From a virus (taxonomy: Duplodnaviria; Caudoviricetes), in IMG/VR virus record IMGVR_UViG_3300021387_000661, positions 224,001 through 288,000 of that record: a stretch of 64,000 bases of DNA. The stretch is one strand, 5' to 3'. Shown here piece by piece: positions 1-11,531 of the stretch (positions are counted from its first letter, which is position 1; each line of letters begins with the position of its first letter). Below the pieces are notes generated by a model. It was not told where the DNA came from, did not search any database, and worked only from the letters and a program-made list of their open reading frames with translations. Both the position numbers and the translations under genes were made by a program.

Positions 1-1323
1 GAATGGCTCATTGACTACTTCCAGAAGAACTTCTTTGACCTCCCTCTCAATAGGGTTATGAAGGAATACAAGTTCACTATGAATATCCAGATTGGTGAAG
101 GAAATTATGATGTTGAACCAATTGAAAAACTCCACACCCTGGGTTATCTTCCTTTGGAAATCAATGCACTTCCTGAAGGTTCACTAGTGAATATGGGTGT
201 TCCTTGTATTGAAATTACAAATACAGTTGATGGGTTTGCTTGGTTAGTTCAGTGGATTGAATGTATCCTTCAGTCTGAACTCTGGAAAACCTCCAACCAT
301 GCTACAATTGGTCACATGTACTACAAACTGGCCAAGTACTGGTATGACAAGACTGTTGATGATGGTGTCGACCCGCGAAACGCATTCGCAGACTTTGGTA
401 TGAGGGGTATGAGTTGTATGAATGAGGCTGTCCGCTGTTCCGCTGCCTGGTTACTCTCATCCAACAAGACCAGTACCATTGCTGCCATCCCTTATCTGGA
501 TGAGTACTATGATGCGGACTGTTCCTTCAACCATATAGGTATTGGTGCAGTCTCCACTGAACACTCTGTAATGGGTGCCAACTTTGCTCTGGATGGAGAT
601 GAGAGAACCTTTGTCAAAAGACTCCTCACTGAACTCTATCCTAACTCCAGTTTCTCTATGGTGTCTGATACCTATGACTACTGGAATATGGTGGAGAACA
701 TCATCCCTTCACTCAAGAAGGAAATCCTGGAACATAAGGGTAAACTCCTTATCCGTCCTGACTCTGGTGACCAGTATGAGACCACTGTTGAAACCATTCA
801 GAAACTCTGGGATACCTTTGGTGGAACAGTCAATACCAAGGGTTACAAAGTCCTTGATTCCCATATTGGTGTCATCCTTGGTGATGGATGTACTCTCAAT
901 GTCCTTCGTAAGATCTGGAAGGAACTGGATAGAAGGGGATTTGCTGCCAACAATGCCATCTTTGGTGTAGGTGCTTTCTGCTTCACCGCAATCTTTGAGG
1001 GTGACAAGATGATTGTAAACACCAGGGACACATTTGGTTGTGCTTGTAAAGCAACCTATGGTGTATTTGGTGACAAGGAACTCAAAATCTATAAGGATCC
1101 AAAGACTGACACCTCCCATCTCAAGAAGTCTCATAAGGGACTGGTCTTTGTGGAGAAGGTGAATGGTGAATACATCTACAAGGATGATATGCTCCAGGCA
1201 GAATATGATGAGTATGCAAAGACTCACACATCTGCAATGAGGACTGTCTTCAAGGATGGTAAGATGCATAACCGTGAGACCTTCACCACCATCCGTGAGC
1301 GTCTTGCAAATGAAAAGGATTAA
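1..1323 (+). CDS. nadV: Nicotinamide/nicotinate phosphoribosyltransferase (NAMPT/NadV family), 5'-partial
   Basis: Frame open from base 1; motifs DFGMRG, STEHSVM, VSDTYD, IRPDSGD, KDPKTD...KKSHKG. Confidence 0.9.
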   Translation, partial: EWLIDYFQKNFFDLPLNRVMKEYKFTMNIQIGEGNYDVEPIEKLHTLGYLPLEINALPEGSLVNMGVPCIEITNTVDGFAWLVQWIECILQSELWKTSNHATIGHMYYKLAKYWYDKTVDDGVDPRNAFADFGMRGMSCMNEAVRCSAAWLLSSNKTSTIAAIPYLDEYYDADCSFNHIGIGAVSTEHSVMGANFALDGDERTFVKRLLTELYPNSSFSMVSDTYDYWNMVENIIPSLKKEILEHKGKLLIRPDSGDQYETTVETIQKLWDTFGGTVNTKGYKVLDSHIGVILGDGCTLNVLRKIWKELDRRGFAANNAIFGVGAFCFTAIFEGDKMIVNTRDTFGCACKATYGVFGDKELKIYKDPKTDTSHLKKSHKGLVFVEKVNGEYIYKDDMLQAEYDEYAKTHTSAMRTVFKDGKMHNRETFTTIRERLANEKD

Positions 1324-1326
1324 ATT

Positions 1327-1869
1327 ATGAATGACCGGAAACAAATTGACATTTACAAGGCCATCTTAAGACTTGATGGTATTGATGAACCATTCAGTGA
1401 ATTTGGACCAAATCATCCAAAGATTGGTGACTTTGTATCCCCAAGTATATATTTCTCCAGTAACTTCACTTATAAGTTGGAGAAACCAGGTTCAAGTAAT
1501 CTCACAAGAGATGAAGTGAAATCTTCTTACTGGGAATGTGTTGGAATCAGACATACTGAATATCATATGTTTATGAAGTTCAGGTCTGTTGATAAAATCA
1601 ATGGAAGAAGGAGATTCCTCACATATAGAGACCCTTGGAAATTCACAGCAGAGATTGTTGATATGCCAGAAAAGGCAAAACTCATCATCAGGTATAAAAA
1701 TGGGGAGTTCACCCTTCTTGAACTGTTGGAAATCTTCAAGGAAAAAGGATATTCTTCAAGAATCCATTTCAAGTCTATTCTGTTTGATATTTCTGGTGAT
1801 GAATATCTTCAGGCAATGACAGAACTCCTTGAAGAAAATTGGAAAGATATGCAAAATAAAAAGTATTAG
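1327..1869 (+). CDS. Hypothetical protein
   Basis: 180-aa ORF tightly packed in operon. Confidence 0.7.
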   Translation: MNDRKQIDIYKAILRLDGIDEPFSEFGPNHPKIGDFVSPSIYFSSNFTYKLEKPGSSNLTRDEVKSSYWECVGIRHTEYHMFMKFRSVDKINGRRRFLTYRDPWKFTAEIVDMPEKAKLIIRYKNGEFTLLELLEIFKEKGYSSRIHFKSILFDISGDEYLQAMTELLEENWKDMQNKKY

Positions 1870-1872
1870 GTT

Positions 1873-2373
1873 ATGATAAAAGAAGTAGATGGAAACCTTT
1901 TGACCTACCCTGGTCTCAAGGTTATTGCACACCAGGTCAATGCACTTGCTGTAATGGGAGCAGGTATTGCTAAACAAATCAAGGCAAGATGGCCAGAGGT
2001 ATTCAAAGAGTATTATGATTACTGTAAGTCATTCAGTGATGCTCATAACCTCCTCGGAAAATGTCAGGTAGTAAAGACTGATGACGGGAAGTACATTGCC
2101 AATCTCTTTGGTGAGTATTCTTTCTGCGAAAGTATCGCACCGTATGAAGATGGTGGAAAACCCAGGCATACTGATTATGATGCATTGAAAGAATGTCTTC
2201 ACAGACTCCATACCTGGATGGTCCTGAATGACATCAAGATTGGGGGTGTACCATTTAGACTTGGATCAGGCCTGGCTGGCGGTAACTGGGATGGTGTAGT
2301 CTATCCAATGATTAAGAATGAATTTGAGGAAGATGAGGACATCACTTTATACATTGTAAAATATAATGGATAG
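1873..2373 (+). CDS. Macrodomain (ADP-ribose processing) protein
   Basis: GNLL..IAHQVN...MGAGIAKQIK..WP and RLGSGLAGGNW motifs. Confidence 0.9.
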   Translation: MIKEVDGNLLTYPGLKVIAHQVNALAVMGAGIAKQIKARWPEVFKEYYDYCKSFSDAHNLLGKCQVVKTDDGKYIANLFGEYSFCESIAPYEDGGKPRHTDYDALKECLHRLHTWMVLNDIKIGGVPFRLGSGLAGGNWDGVVYPMIKNEFEEDEDITLYIVKYNG

Positions 2374-2375
2374 TT

Positions 2376-2783
2376 ATGGAATGTAATTTGAAATCTCCAT
2401 TTAAGGAGGCATTTGAAAGTGGTGACTCTATTGACTACAAGTTGGTACCAGGTGCAAAGAAGACGGATCATGATGTAGTTAAGGAGATGGGTTATAAAAT
2501 ACAGATGAACTCTGATTGTTCATTTACTGCATCTGGTCTTCCTGGTTTTAGTCTGTCCAGTTATGGAGACTGGGGTACATTCTTTGTTGACTGGGGTACT
2601 TATACTGAAAAGAAACTTTTCCTTGATATGTGTAATGAAGGAATCATCACACCTTGGAGGGTAAGAAAGTATGTGAGAGAAGGAAAGAATATTGTACCTT
2701 ATGACTATGATGAGAGGGGATGGACAAAGCACAGTGAAGAACTTGGAAAATGGGTATCAACTGAATCCCCTTATACAAAATAA
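2376..2783 (+). CDS. Hypothetical protein
   Basis: 135-aa ORF in operon. Confidence 0.65.
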   Translation: MECNLKSPFKEAFESGDSIDYKLVPGAKKTDHDVVKEMGYKIQMNSDCSFTASGLPGFSLSSYGDWGTFFVDWGTYTEKKLFLDMCNEGIITPWRVRKYVREGKNIVPYDYDERGWTKHSEELGKWVSTESPYTK

Positions 2784-2793
2784 GTAAACTGAT

Positions 2794-3552
2794 ATGAAAA
2801 GAGAATATACTTTTAATGTAGAACAAGTAACCAATGAATGTATCCAGTGGATCAGGAATTGGTTTGAGAAGAACGGTCCTGGATGTAATGCCATTATCGG
2901 TATTTCAGGTGGTAAGGATTCTACCATTGTGGCAAAGCTCTGTGTGGAGGCGCTTGGTGCTGACAGGGTGATTGGTGTTATGATGCCTAATGGAATTCAA
3001 AAAGACATTTCTGATTCAATCAAAGTTTGTGAATTTCTCGGTATTAAAAACTATACTATCAATATTGAGAATTCTGTAAATTCAATCCTCAAACAGATGG
3101 CTGAATCAGGTATTGAAATCACAGAACAGACAAAGACAAATCTTCCTGCAAGAATTAGGATGTCTACACTTTATGCAGTTAGTCAGTCAAATGTAGGTAG
3201 GGTTTCAAACAACTGCAACAGAAGTGAAAACTATGTTTCATATGAGACTAAATATGGTGACGGTGCGGGAGATTTCGCACCTATTGCAAACCTTACTGTA
3301 AGGGAACTTCTGAAAATTGGAGATTATCTTGGATTACCATATGAATTGGTACATAAGACCCCAATTGATGGACTCAATATAAACCCAGATGGTTCATATG
3401 TTACAGATGAGCAGGGACTTGGTTTCTCATATGCAGAACTTGATGATTATCTTCTTTATGGGATTAAACCAGAGTCAAAGAAGTTGGAAAAAATTGAGAG
3501 AATGCATCAGAGGGGGGTTGCAAAAAATCGGATGCTGAGTTTTGAATTTTAG
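2794..3552 (+). CDS. nadE: NH3-dependent NAD+ synthetase
   Basis: IGISGGKDS PP-loop, NLPARIRM, TKYGDGAGD, DEQGLGFSY. Confidence 0.93.
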   Translation: MKREYTFNVEQVTNECIQWIRNWFEKNGPGCNAIIGISGGKDSTIVAKLCVEALGADRVIGVMMPNGIQKDISDSIKVCEFLGIKNYTINIENSVNSILKQMAESGIEITEQTKTNLPARIRMSTLYAVSQSNVGRVSNNCNRSENYVSYETKYGDGAGDFAPIANLTVRELLKIGDYLGLPYELVHKTPIDGLNINPDGSYVTDEQGLGFSYAELDDYLLYGIKPESKKLEKIERMHQRGVAKNRMLSFEF

Positions 3553-3565
3553 AAAAGAGTGGTTG

Positions 3566-4807
3566 TTAATCAACCACTCTTTTTAATATATCATCTTTAT
3601 TTTCAATAACTTCATATGGATAATCAATTTTAAGATTTGAAAAATATATTAAAGTAACATTATGTTCATCACACAGTTTCTTTTTAAGTTTATCATTATT
3701 CCATATGTATTCAAAAGATGATTCACCACCAAAAAAATCACTATTTTCAAAATGTTGTCTGCCTTGACATTCTATTGCTATATTTTTTGATGGAATATAG
3801 AAATCCAAAGATTTAAGTCCTAACCAGTCAAACTTTTTTTGCTCTTCAAATATAATCTCATTATCTATTAAAAGTCTTTTTATTTCAAGTTCAAGATGAC
3901 TTTGGTTGCATTTGGGACACCCTCTTAAATGATGTGTAAAATTATAAAAAGTACAAGTTCTCCACTCCTGATGACATTTCAAACATTCTAATATAAGATA
4001 TGTTGATGATCCATACCATTCACATTCATTACCATTTTTATCACAATATCCTTTAAACTTATAATCTCTTTTTTCACAAAGTTCCAAAATAAGAGGTAAA
4101 CATTCTTCTTCTTTTCTTATATGGTTTTTACCATTTTGTTTGTTTGAACAATTTGGACATTTTGATTTTGAATAAACTGTATTAAGTGATTTTCTCCATA
4201 TATGTCCACAAATATTACATTTTAATAAAGCATATGTTCCCATTTCCCATTTAACATTGTGTTGATAATCATCTTGGTATTCCAAAATATCCCAGTTATT
4301 TTTTTCACACAATGACTTAAAATGATTGAACCTATTTTCTTTAAAATAACTTTTACAATTTGGACATTTTCTACCTCTTATGAAATTATCATATGAACAA
4401 GTATACCAAACATTACCACAATTATTGCATCTAATTGCAAGGTATGTATTAGCAACACCATTCCAAGTTGATGCATTATGTTCTTTATCACAAAAATATA
4501 AAAATGTGTAATTAAGTTCTGTACAAATTTTCAATATATTTTTCCTTGCAGATTCTTCACTCACCCTTTTACAATTAGGGCATTTTCCTCCTTGCATAAA
4601 ACGATTGTAAGTTGTTGATGTCCAAATTTTATTACACTTTGGGCAGTATAATTTTAAGTATGTCTGGTTATTCTTGTATTCACATTCATTACCATCCTTA
4701 TCACAGAAAGATAAGAAATCATATCCTCTCTCTTCACATAAGATTTTTACTCTTTTGATGACCTCATCATTTGTGAGATTGTAACAGGTTTCAAATTTTT
4801 GACTCAT
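3566..4807 (-). mobile_element. Putative free-standing homing endonuclease: repeated CxxC zinc ribbons plus C-terminal PD-(D/E)XK-like domain
   Basis: Four repeats of L.CxxC..W.....F..G..CP.C; C-terminal LDFYIPSKNIAIECQGRQH; opposite strand and more AT-rich than neighbours. Confidence 0.7.
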
Positions 4808-5308
4808 AATTTTATATCATCTCATCTACATTAAAGTAAAATAGATTAAAAGAAATTTGGTTATACTATATTTATGTAAATTTATTTTGATTTTATTTGA
4901 TTTTTTCATAAAAAATTGTTATCTTTGTATTAGGAAAATAATAGTATTATGATAGTTAAGGTAAATAAAGTGCAGTACAATCCGGAGACCAATGGTTATC
5001 TGGATGATCTTCATTATGATTTAGATATCCCGGATGATAAAATCATCAAGGGTATCACAACCACGACTCCAACTTACTGGTATGCATTGATAGATGGGAA
5101 TCTCTTCAAGTCTGACCAGAGGAAAGGACTTAAAAATATCTATTTCTCTTCCAAGGATGAACTGGAAGATGCTCTCTCCCAGGCACTTTATTGGAGACAG
5201 AAGTTGGTACCTGGTATTGGGTGTGGTATAGGTTACGATTGCGAAGACTTCTATCACAAACTGAAACAGACTCATAATATTGAATTCAAAAAAGTACAGT
5301 TCTAATAT

Positions 5309-7195
5309 ATGGATAAGAGAGAACTTTATGATAAGGCAAAGGAAGCTTATTACAATGGTGGAGAACCCATTATGACTGACCAGGAGTTTGACCAGTTGGA
5401 GGAAGAATTGGGATTAACTAACCAGGGTTATGTTGGTACTCATCACCAGAAGTCCTATACAGTGAAACATCCATTCATTATGGGTAGTCTCTCCAAGGTA
5501 CAAATCAAGGAAGATGATAACCATAATGTGAATTGGTCAGGATTTCAGGAGAAGGTGATGACCTATCTCCGTAAGTCCAATGGATATGGGAAAAATAAAT
5601 GGTTCTATGAGGTGACACCCAAATATGACGGGTGTTCCTGGGAAGCTGTCATTGACCATAAGGGAAATCTTGTGTCTGTATCCAGTAGAGGTGATGGACA
5701 GTTTGGTAAAGATATCAAGGTCTGGTTTGAGAATGAGTGGAAGACCAACTATGAACCTTATGTGATGGACTACTACAGGTCTGCACTGGATGAACAATCT
5801 TATTTCTTCCTTAAATACTTGGTAATCAGGGGAGAATGCTTGATAAAGAAGTCTGTCTTTATGGACAAATACTCACAGGAATTCACTCTTCCCAGAAGTT
5901 TTGTTTCCGGTGTCCTTGGTCAGGACTGGGAAGATTCTGACAAGCAGAAGGAGATGAGGGATGACCTGTCCTGGGTTGCATATGATTTCAGGACTGTTTA
6001 TGAAAATGGTACCATCATTGAAGAAGGATATACCAAGTTTGATGAACTCTCAAAATACACCCTGGGGAACAGACCTGACTTCATCATTACAGGTAACAGT
6101 TATAACTTCAACCTTGACCACCTTTATGGTATCTTCGAGAAGGTCAGGCAGAACAGTGAGTTTGCTCTTGATGGATTTGTGGTGAAGCCTGGCGCTCATT
6201 TCAGACTTTTGGATGGTGGAAGGACAAGACAGGAAGACTGTGTTGCCATCAAGTACCTCCCAGAGATTGTGGATGCTGAACTCATTGATGTTGAGTGGAA
6301 TGTGGGAAAGACTGGTGAGTATTATCCAACAGGTATCCTTGCTGATGTCATCCTTGGTGGAAAGAATGTGAACAGGGTCAGCCTCTCCAACTATGGAAAG
6401 ATTGTTGAGGACAAGATTGGAATTGGATCCCACCTGAAAATCTCACTTGCGGGAGACATCATACCATTCGTTTTTCAGGTTGTCTCTGGTGGTGAGCATC
6501 CAGTTCCTGTTCCTGAAGATTCTTATGTGGATGGTGTACATCTGATGAAGACTATGAGTGAGAAGGACAAGATGTACATCAGGTTCATCAACTCTGTCAA
6601 TGTCATCAAACCAGATGGAATTGGCGAGAAGGTGGCAACCAAGTTGTTTGAAATCTTCCCCACAGACAACATCCTGGACTTTATGATCAATGACAAGTGG
6701 AAGGAAAGTCTTGATGACAGTAAGTCTTCACAAAACATCATCAACTCTCTCAATGAAAGGAAAAAGACTCTTTCTATGACAAATCTCATCCAGTCAATGG
6801 GTTATGAGAACTGTGGAGAAAAGAACAGTGCCTGGTTGGCAGATAAGCTGTGTGGTCTAAACCCTGACACAAAAGGTATCCCCACAACCATCATTGAACT
6901 CTCTGAAAACTATGAGTTCAACAGCAAGGTCACCAACTATATGCTGGCAATGGATGTGAAACCTGTCAAGAAGGAAGACACATCTGGAAAGACACCTGTC
7001 ATCCTCACTGGTTCTCCAAAGGAATGTGGGTACAATACCAAAGCAGATTTCCTTGCGAAACATCCGCAGTTCGTAGAGACGACAAAATGGAATGAATGCA
7101 AGACTCTCATAACAGATGATTTAGACTCCACCAGTTCAAAAATGCAGAAGGCAAAGAAACTGGGAATTGAAATCAAAACATATTTGGATTTCTAA
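5309..7195 (+). CDS. ligA: NAD-dependent DNA ligase
   Basis: KYDG adenylation motif, SRGDG, RGE, DGFVVK, AIKY, GDIIP, C-terminal BRCT (SSKMQKAKKLGI). Confidence 0.92.
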   Translation: MDKRELYDKAKEAYYNGGEPIMTDQEFDQLEEELGLTNQGYVGTHHQKSYTVKHPFIMGSLSKVQIKEDDNHNVNWSGFQEKVMTYLRKSNGYGKNKWFYEVTPKYDGCSWEAVIDHKGNLVSVSSRGDGQFGKDIKVWFENEWKTNYEPYVMDYYRSALDEQSYFFLKYLVIRGECLIKKSVFMDKYSQEFTLPRSFVSGVLGQDWEDSDKQKEMRDDLSWVAYDFRTVYENGTIIEEGYTKFDELSKYTLGNRPDFIITGNSYNFNLDHLYGIFEKVRQNSEFALDGFVVKPGAHFRLLDGGRTRQEDCVAIKYLPEIVDAELIDVEWNVGKTGEYYPTGILADVILGGKNVNRVSLSNYGKIVEDKIGIGSHLKISLAGDIIPFVFQVVSGGEHPVPVPEDSYVDGVHLMKTMSEKDKMYIRFINSVNVIKPDGIGEKVATKLFEIFPTDNILDFMINDKWKESLDDSKSSQNIINSLNERKKTLSMTNLIQSMGYENCGEKNSAWLADKLCGLNPDTKGIPTTIIELSENYEFNSKVTNYMLAMDVKPVKKEDTSGKTPVILTGSPKECGYNTKADFLAKHPQFVETTKWNECKTLITDDLDSTSSKMQKAKKLGIEIKTYLDF

Positions 7196-7601
7196 AATAA
7201 AATCACTATCTTTGTAAAAAGAAAAGATATGAATATAACACTACTCAAAAGTTATGATGACTTTATGAATCTGATTAATGAGAATACAGGTAATCTTGGA
7301 TTCTATGGTAGGACTGTTACTATGCTTGACTCAAGTGATGACACCAGACCTACAAAGTATCCTTGTGTTGCAGTATGGAATATTGAAGAGGATTCAAATG
7401 GTCCATCTTATCTTGAATCTGTATTTGTTTATCTTGATGATTTTGAATAATTATGTTTATTTATTTTAACAATACAAGAACTCATTCCAGTTGGAGATTC
7501 ACCATTCTTCCAACCATCTTTATAGAAAAAGATTATGATTATGAGGAACTTATAGTTTCCATTGAATGGTTGTGCTGGTCATTAAATTTTGAATTCAGTT
7601 T

Positions 7602-8039
7602 ATGGAAAAGATTAAAAAGGTAACAGCAGCAATAGTTATCATTGACAAAAATGGAAACATCCTTGGTTGTCATGCCACCGGGAAACCAGATTATACTGGA
7701 TATGATTTTCCAAAAGGTTGTGTTGAACCAGGAGAATCAGATATTACTACTGCAATCAGAGAACTAAAAGAAGAGACTGGACTATTTGTCTCTGAATCTG
7801 ATTTGATTGATGCAGGTGTTCATCCTCATAACAAAGAGAAGGACATTCACCTTTTCATTTACAGGGTCAATGTGTTACCAAATACAACAACTCTGAAATG
7901 TACATCCTATTTTGAACTCCCTGATGGTAGGAAGTTACCAGAGATGAATGGTTTCAAAATCATCTCAAAATCAGAAAGGGATATGTTCAACAAAGTATTA
8001 CAGAATAAGTTTGAAATTATAGATTCATTCAACAAGTAA
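7602..8039 (+). CDS. NUDIX hydrolase
   Basis: PKGCVEPGESDITTAIRELKEETG Nudix box. Confidence 0.92.
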   Translation: MEKIKKVTAAIVIIDKNGNILGCHATGKPDYTGYDFPKGCVEPGESDITTAIRELKEETGLFVSESDLIDAGVHPHNKEKDIHLFIYRVNVLPNTTTLKCTSYFELPDGRKLPEMNGFKIISKSERDMFNKVLQNKFEIIDSFNK

Positions 8040-10165
8040 TGGAAGATTTCATCAAATCATTAAGAATTTTTGAGAAGTATTGTGATGATTATCACAAGAA
8101 ATACCCATTCTGCTGTGACCATGACATCATTGTGTTCAATGGTGCCGGAAAGAATGATGTGTCACTTGAAGACATTGCTGAATTACATGAACTTGGATGG
8201 GATCCTTATGAAGATTTTGGATTCTATTCATTTAGATATGGAAGTAATTAATATGAATATTAAAGAGATATATAATATAATCAAATTTATTAGGAAGAGT
8301 AATTCTTGCCTAATTCTCAGAAATGATTTACAGTTAGGTTCATTTGGTTATCTTGATGATACTATGATGAAATTTCATGATTATATTATGAAAACTTCAA
8401 TTAAAAAATAATGAAACACACTATCACAGAATTTAAGGAATGGCCAAATGGTCTTGAACTGTGTTATCATGACTGGGTGGTGAAAGCATCCAAGAATGAA
8501 ATCACAGAGAAACTGGGTTTTGGACCGACAAAGGTCTATGAAGATAAGGACTGCACCTATCAGTGGAATTGTCTTCTGAATGGTAAATACTATTTTACCT
8601 TGTATGATATGAGTTATGATGAGACTCCTGGTGATGATGATGTGATTGAGTATCATATAGGGTTTTCAGATAAGTATGATGACATACACCATTTCTTCCC
8701 AGATTCAATTGAAGCACTTGATATGATAGAATCTCTTAGAGAAAGAGATTTTGATGTTGACCATTCAGAAACCTGGAAGAATTTCCATAATGATGGGATA
8801 TTAGACCAGATAGAGAGTTATATCAAACAGCAAATGATATTGAAGTAATATGAACAATAGCAAGAATTTATTTGACCTGGCAATGGATTGGTACAGAAGT
8901 GGCGATTCTGGAAAGAAGGCAGCTGCTCTTGACCTGTTCCCGGAAAATATGCTCAAAAAAGAAATTGAGGTATACAGGAAAAGGGATGAGAAAAAAAGAG
9001 TCAAGTTGAGGGAAGAGAACCTACAGAAGATGCTTGAAAGATGTAAAAAACTTTTTCATATTGGTGATGTCATTCAAAGTGATGACGGTACAGATTATCT
9101 TCCCAATCTCATCATCAGTGAACCCAGGATTCAAAAAGTGGAATATCTTCCTTTCTGTGTTGAAAGCAGTTGGAGATATGAAGACTCTGAAAAGAAAACC
9201 ATTGTAGTTGATACTGTGAGACTTTATATGAATAAACCACTGGAAAGAAAAAGTAAGGTCTGTCTGGAACAACTTCTTTATTATATGGATAAGCCAAAGG
9301 ATGATGTGTTCAGGAAAAATGGATTCATTGATCTGAAAGAATATGCAAAGAAACAGATTGAAAAAAAGAATAACGAACTGAAGGACCTCAAGGCAAGGGA
9401 ACAAAGAGCGCAGAAAGATTTGAGTGATATTCAAATGGATATTGCAGTCCTTGAAGACTATGACCCCAATGAGTTGACTTCTAAAAAGATAAATGAGATT
9501 TTGAAAAATGTCACAGAGACTCATTAACATACTCCCAAAGATTCCACAATATGAAGACATTCCATATGCAGGTGATTTAGAATGTCCTAAATGTGGAAAG
9601 ACTGGATTCTTTGACTATAACTGGAATCCAAAGCATGAAAAACCCAAGCTGGTAGGATGGTGTGACACAAACATAGGAAAGATGGGTGTGTTTGAATGTA
9701 CCTGTGGTCAGAGATACAGATTTCATTGTACTATTGGGACCTGGATTGCAGATGATGATGAGTTTGATATGTATCTTTACTATAAGGCAAAGGAATGTAC
9801 CAACTGGGAAGAGATTAAAAACAACTTGGTAACTAATGGAAAGGATAATTGCAGCAGCATATAAACTCAAACCAGAATATATCTGTAAGAAGGGGTCTGT
9901 CCTGAAGATAGGTACAAGAGAACTGGATGACATCTACCTATGCAGGATTGGAAGACATCATGCAGAGATACTACACATCTTTGGTGACCAGGTTGACCAC
10001 AAAACATCTGGGTTCTACACATCCTATGGTAGATATGTTGACAGGAAGGAAGCAGCCAGGATTGCAATAGAATCAGGGCAAATACAGAAGTGTCATTATT
10101 TTGGAGGCGAACAACTTGATTCCAGTGATATCTTTGATTTGGATTATGATGGGAATATGTTATGA
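8039..10165 (+). CDS. Run of small hypothetical phage proteins (8039-8251, 8411-8848, 8850-9527, 9508-9864, 9836-10165)
   Basis: Abutting or overlapping + strand ORFs, no recognisable motifs. Confidence 0.6.
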
Positions 10166-10611
10166 AACTGATTGAATTTGGATCAAGACATTCTTTCTAT
10201 GAGTGGTTTCGCAGGTGTGACAGAAGTGACAACTATCCTTTGATCAATTTCAACTATATACATTGCTGGGAAGAAGACACACATATTTACAGGTGTGTTG
10301 AAAAGGGAAAGGATGTTGGTGTGATATTCATCTCCTGTTGTTATCCAGGTGAGATGTGGATTGATTTGTTTGAAGTCAAGAAAGGAAAGCACAGAACTGG
10401 TATTGGAACAAAGATGTTCAGACTCTTGATGGAGAAACACACACCACTTTATGTCAAACTTGAATGTGTTGAGGAAGAAGACAAAGAAAAAGAAGCGCAT
10501 CATTTCTGGAGAAAGATGGGATTTCATAAGACATATGACAGGACAGTATTGGGTGATGCATTTGTAAAGACATATACAAAGAAATATTGGAAGAATTATG
10601 ACAAACTATAG
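10162..10611 (+). CDS. GNAT acetyltransferase
   Basis: HRTGIGTKM acetyl-CoA motif A; AHHFWRKMGF motif B. Confidence 0.8.
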   Translation: MKLIEFGSRHSFYEWFRRCDRSDNYPLINFNYIHCWEEDTHIYRCVEKGKDVGVIFISCCYPGEMWIDLFEVKKGKHRTGIGTKMFRLLMEKHTPLYVKLECVEEEDKEKEAHHFWRKMGFHKTYDRTVLGDAFVKTYTKKYWKNYDKL

Positions 10612-11050
10612 CGAACATATATCTGAAGAACTGGCCAGGAAACTTCTTGACTGGGGTTATCCCCTATTAAGTTATGCTCCTGGTACATATGATGGCGCTC
10701 CTTGTTTTGATATTCCAGGACCTGATGAACCTGGTTGGGCAGATGGTGACAGATACCAGATTCCCACATATGGTGAGGTGTTTGACTGGTTCTCAAGGGT
10801 AAAAGGTATTGTCATCACCCTTGAACCATTCCACACTTTTGCATTAAAAGGTCAGATAGGATATACCTGGAAGATAAACTATGTAGACCCTGAATTTGGT
10901 CTTGTATTGAGGACAGAAGAAAATGAATACCAATCAGGAGATGGATTTGGTGGTTCATTTAAACTCACTGCTGACGAAGCGATAAAGTCCGCAATGACTC
11001 TTGGTAAAAAGAAAGAGGAATATATTGAAGTAAACATTGATGAATTATAG
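10598..11050 (+). CDS. Hypothetical protein (paralog of 46132-46599)
   Basis: Shared PTY.EV.DWF motif. Confidence 0.65.
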   Translation: MTNYSEHISEELARKLLDWGYPLLSYAPGTYDGAPCFDIPGPDEPGWADGDRYQIPTYGEVFDWFSRVKGIVITLEPFHTFALKGQIGYTWKINYVDPEFGLVLRTEENEYQSGDGFGGSFKLTADEAIKSAMTLGKKKEEYIEVNIDEL

Positions 11051-11382
11051 TTATGGAAATTATTAAAGACTTGAATCCAGAAACCAGGAAATACAAATTC
11101 ATTCACTGGGGGTGTTGTGAGTTTACAGCCCTTGAAAATGAATTCAAATGGACTGCTGGACAATATAATGAGACAACTGCAAGTGTAGTTTGTCCAAAGT
11201 GTGGGAAACAGTTTTATCAAGATCCAGAAGAGATTAAACCAGAAACACCATCATTTGATGATTGGCCAAAGGTAACAAACTGTCCAAAGAATTGTAAGAT
11301 ATGTCAAGCCAAATGTTTATACAGGAAGGAGAAGTATAATGATTATGTGTCTCCAAAAGATTAATTTTTTTGTTATATTTAA

Positions 11383-11427
11383 TTTACATAAATACTTTAG
11401 AAAGTCAAAAATCAATTTACATAAATA
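11383..11427 (+). promoter_or_regulatory. Tandem TTTACATAAATA boxes (T4-late-promoter-like) ahead of leader 1
   Basis: Two copies here and two at 18651-18687; resembles TATAAATA. Confidence 0.6.
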
Positions 11428-11431
11428 TAGT

Positions 11432-11503
11432 ATGATGACATTAAATAACATATCAAATAGGAAATCCGATTTAAGAAAATTGGATTCTTTTGGTGTGGTA
11501 TAA
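11432..11503 (+). CDS. Leader peptide 1 (MMTLNNISNRKSDLRKLDSFGVV)
   Basis: 23-codon uORF forming a long hairpin; its 3' end is complementary to the downstream terminator arm. Confidence 0.75.
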   Translation: MMTLNNISNRKSDLRKLDSFGVV

Positions 11504-11531
11504 TGTCAATAAGATAACAAGCATATCATCT

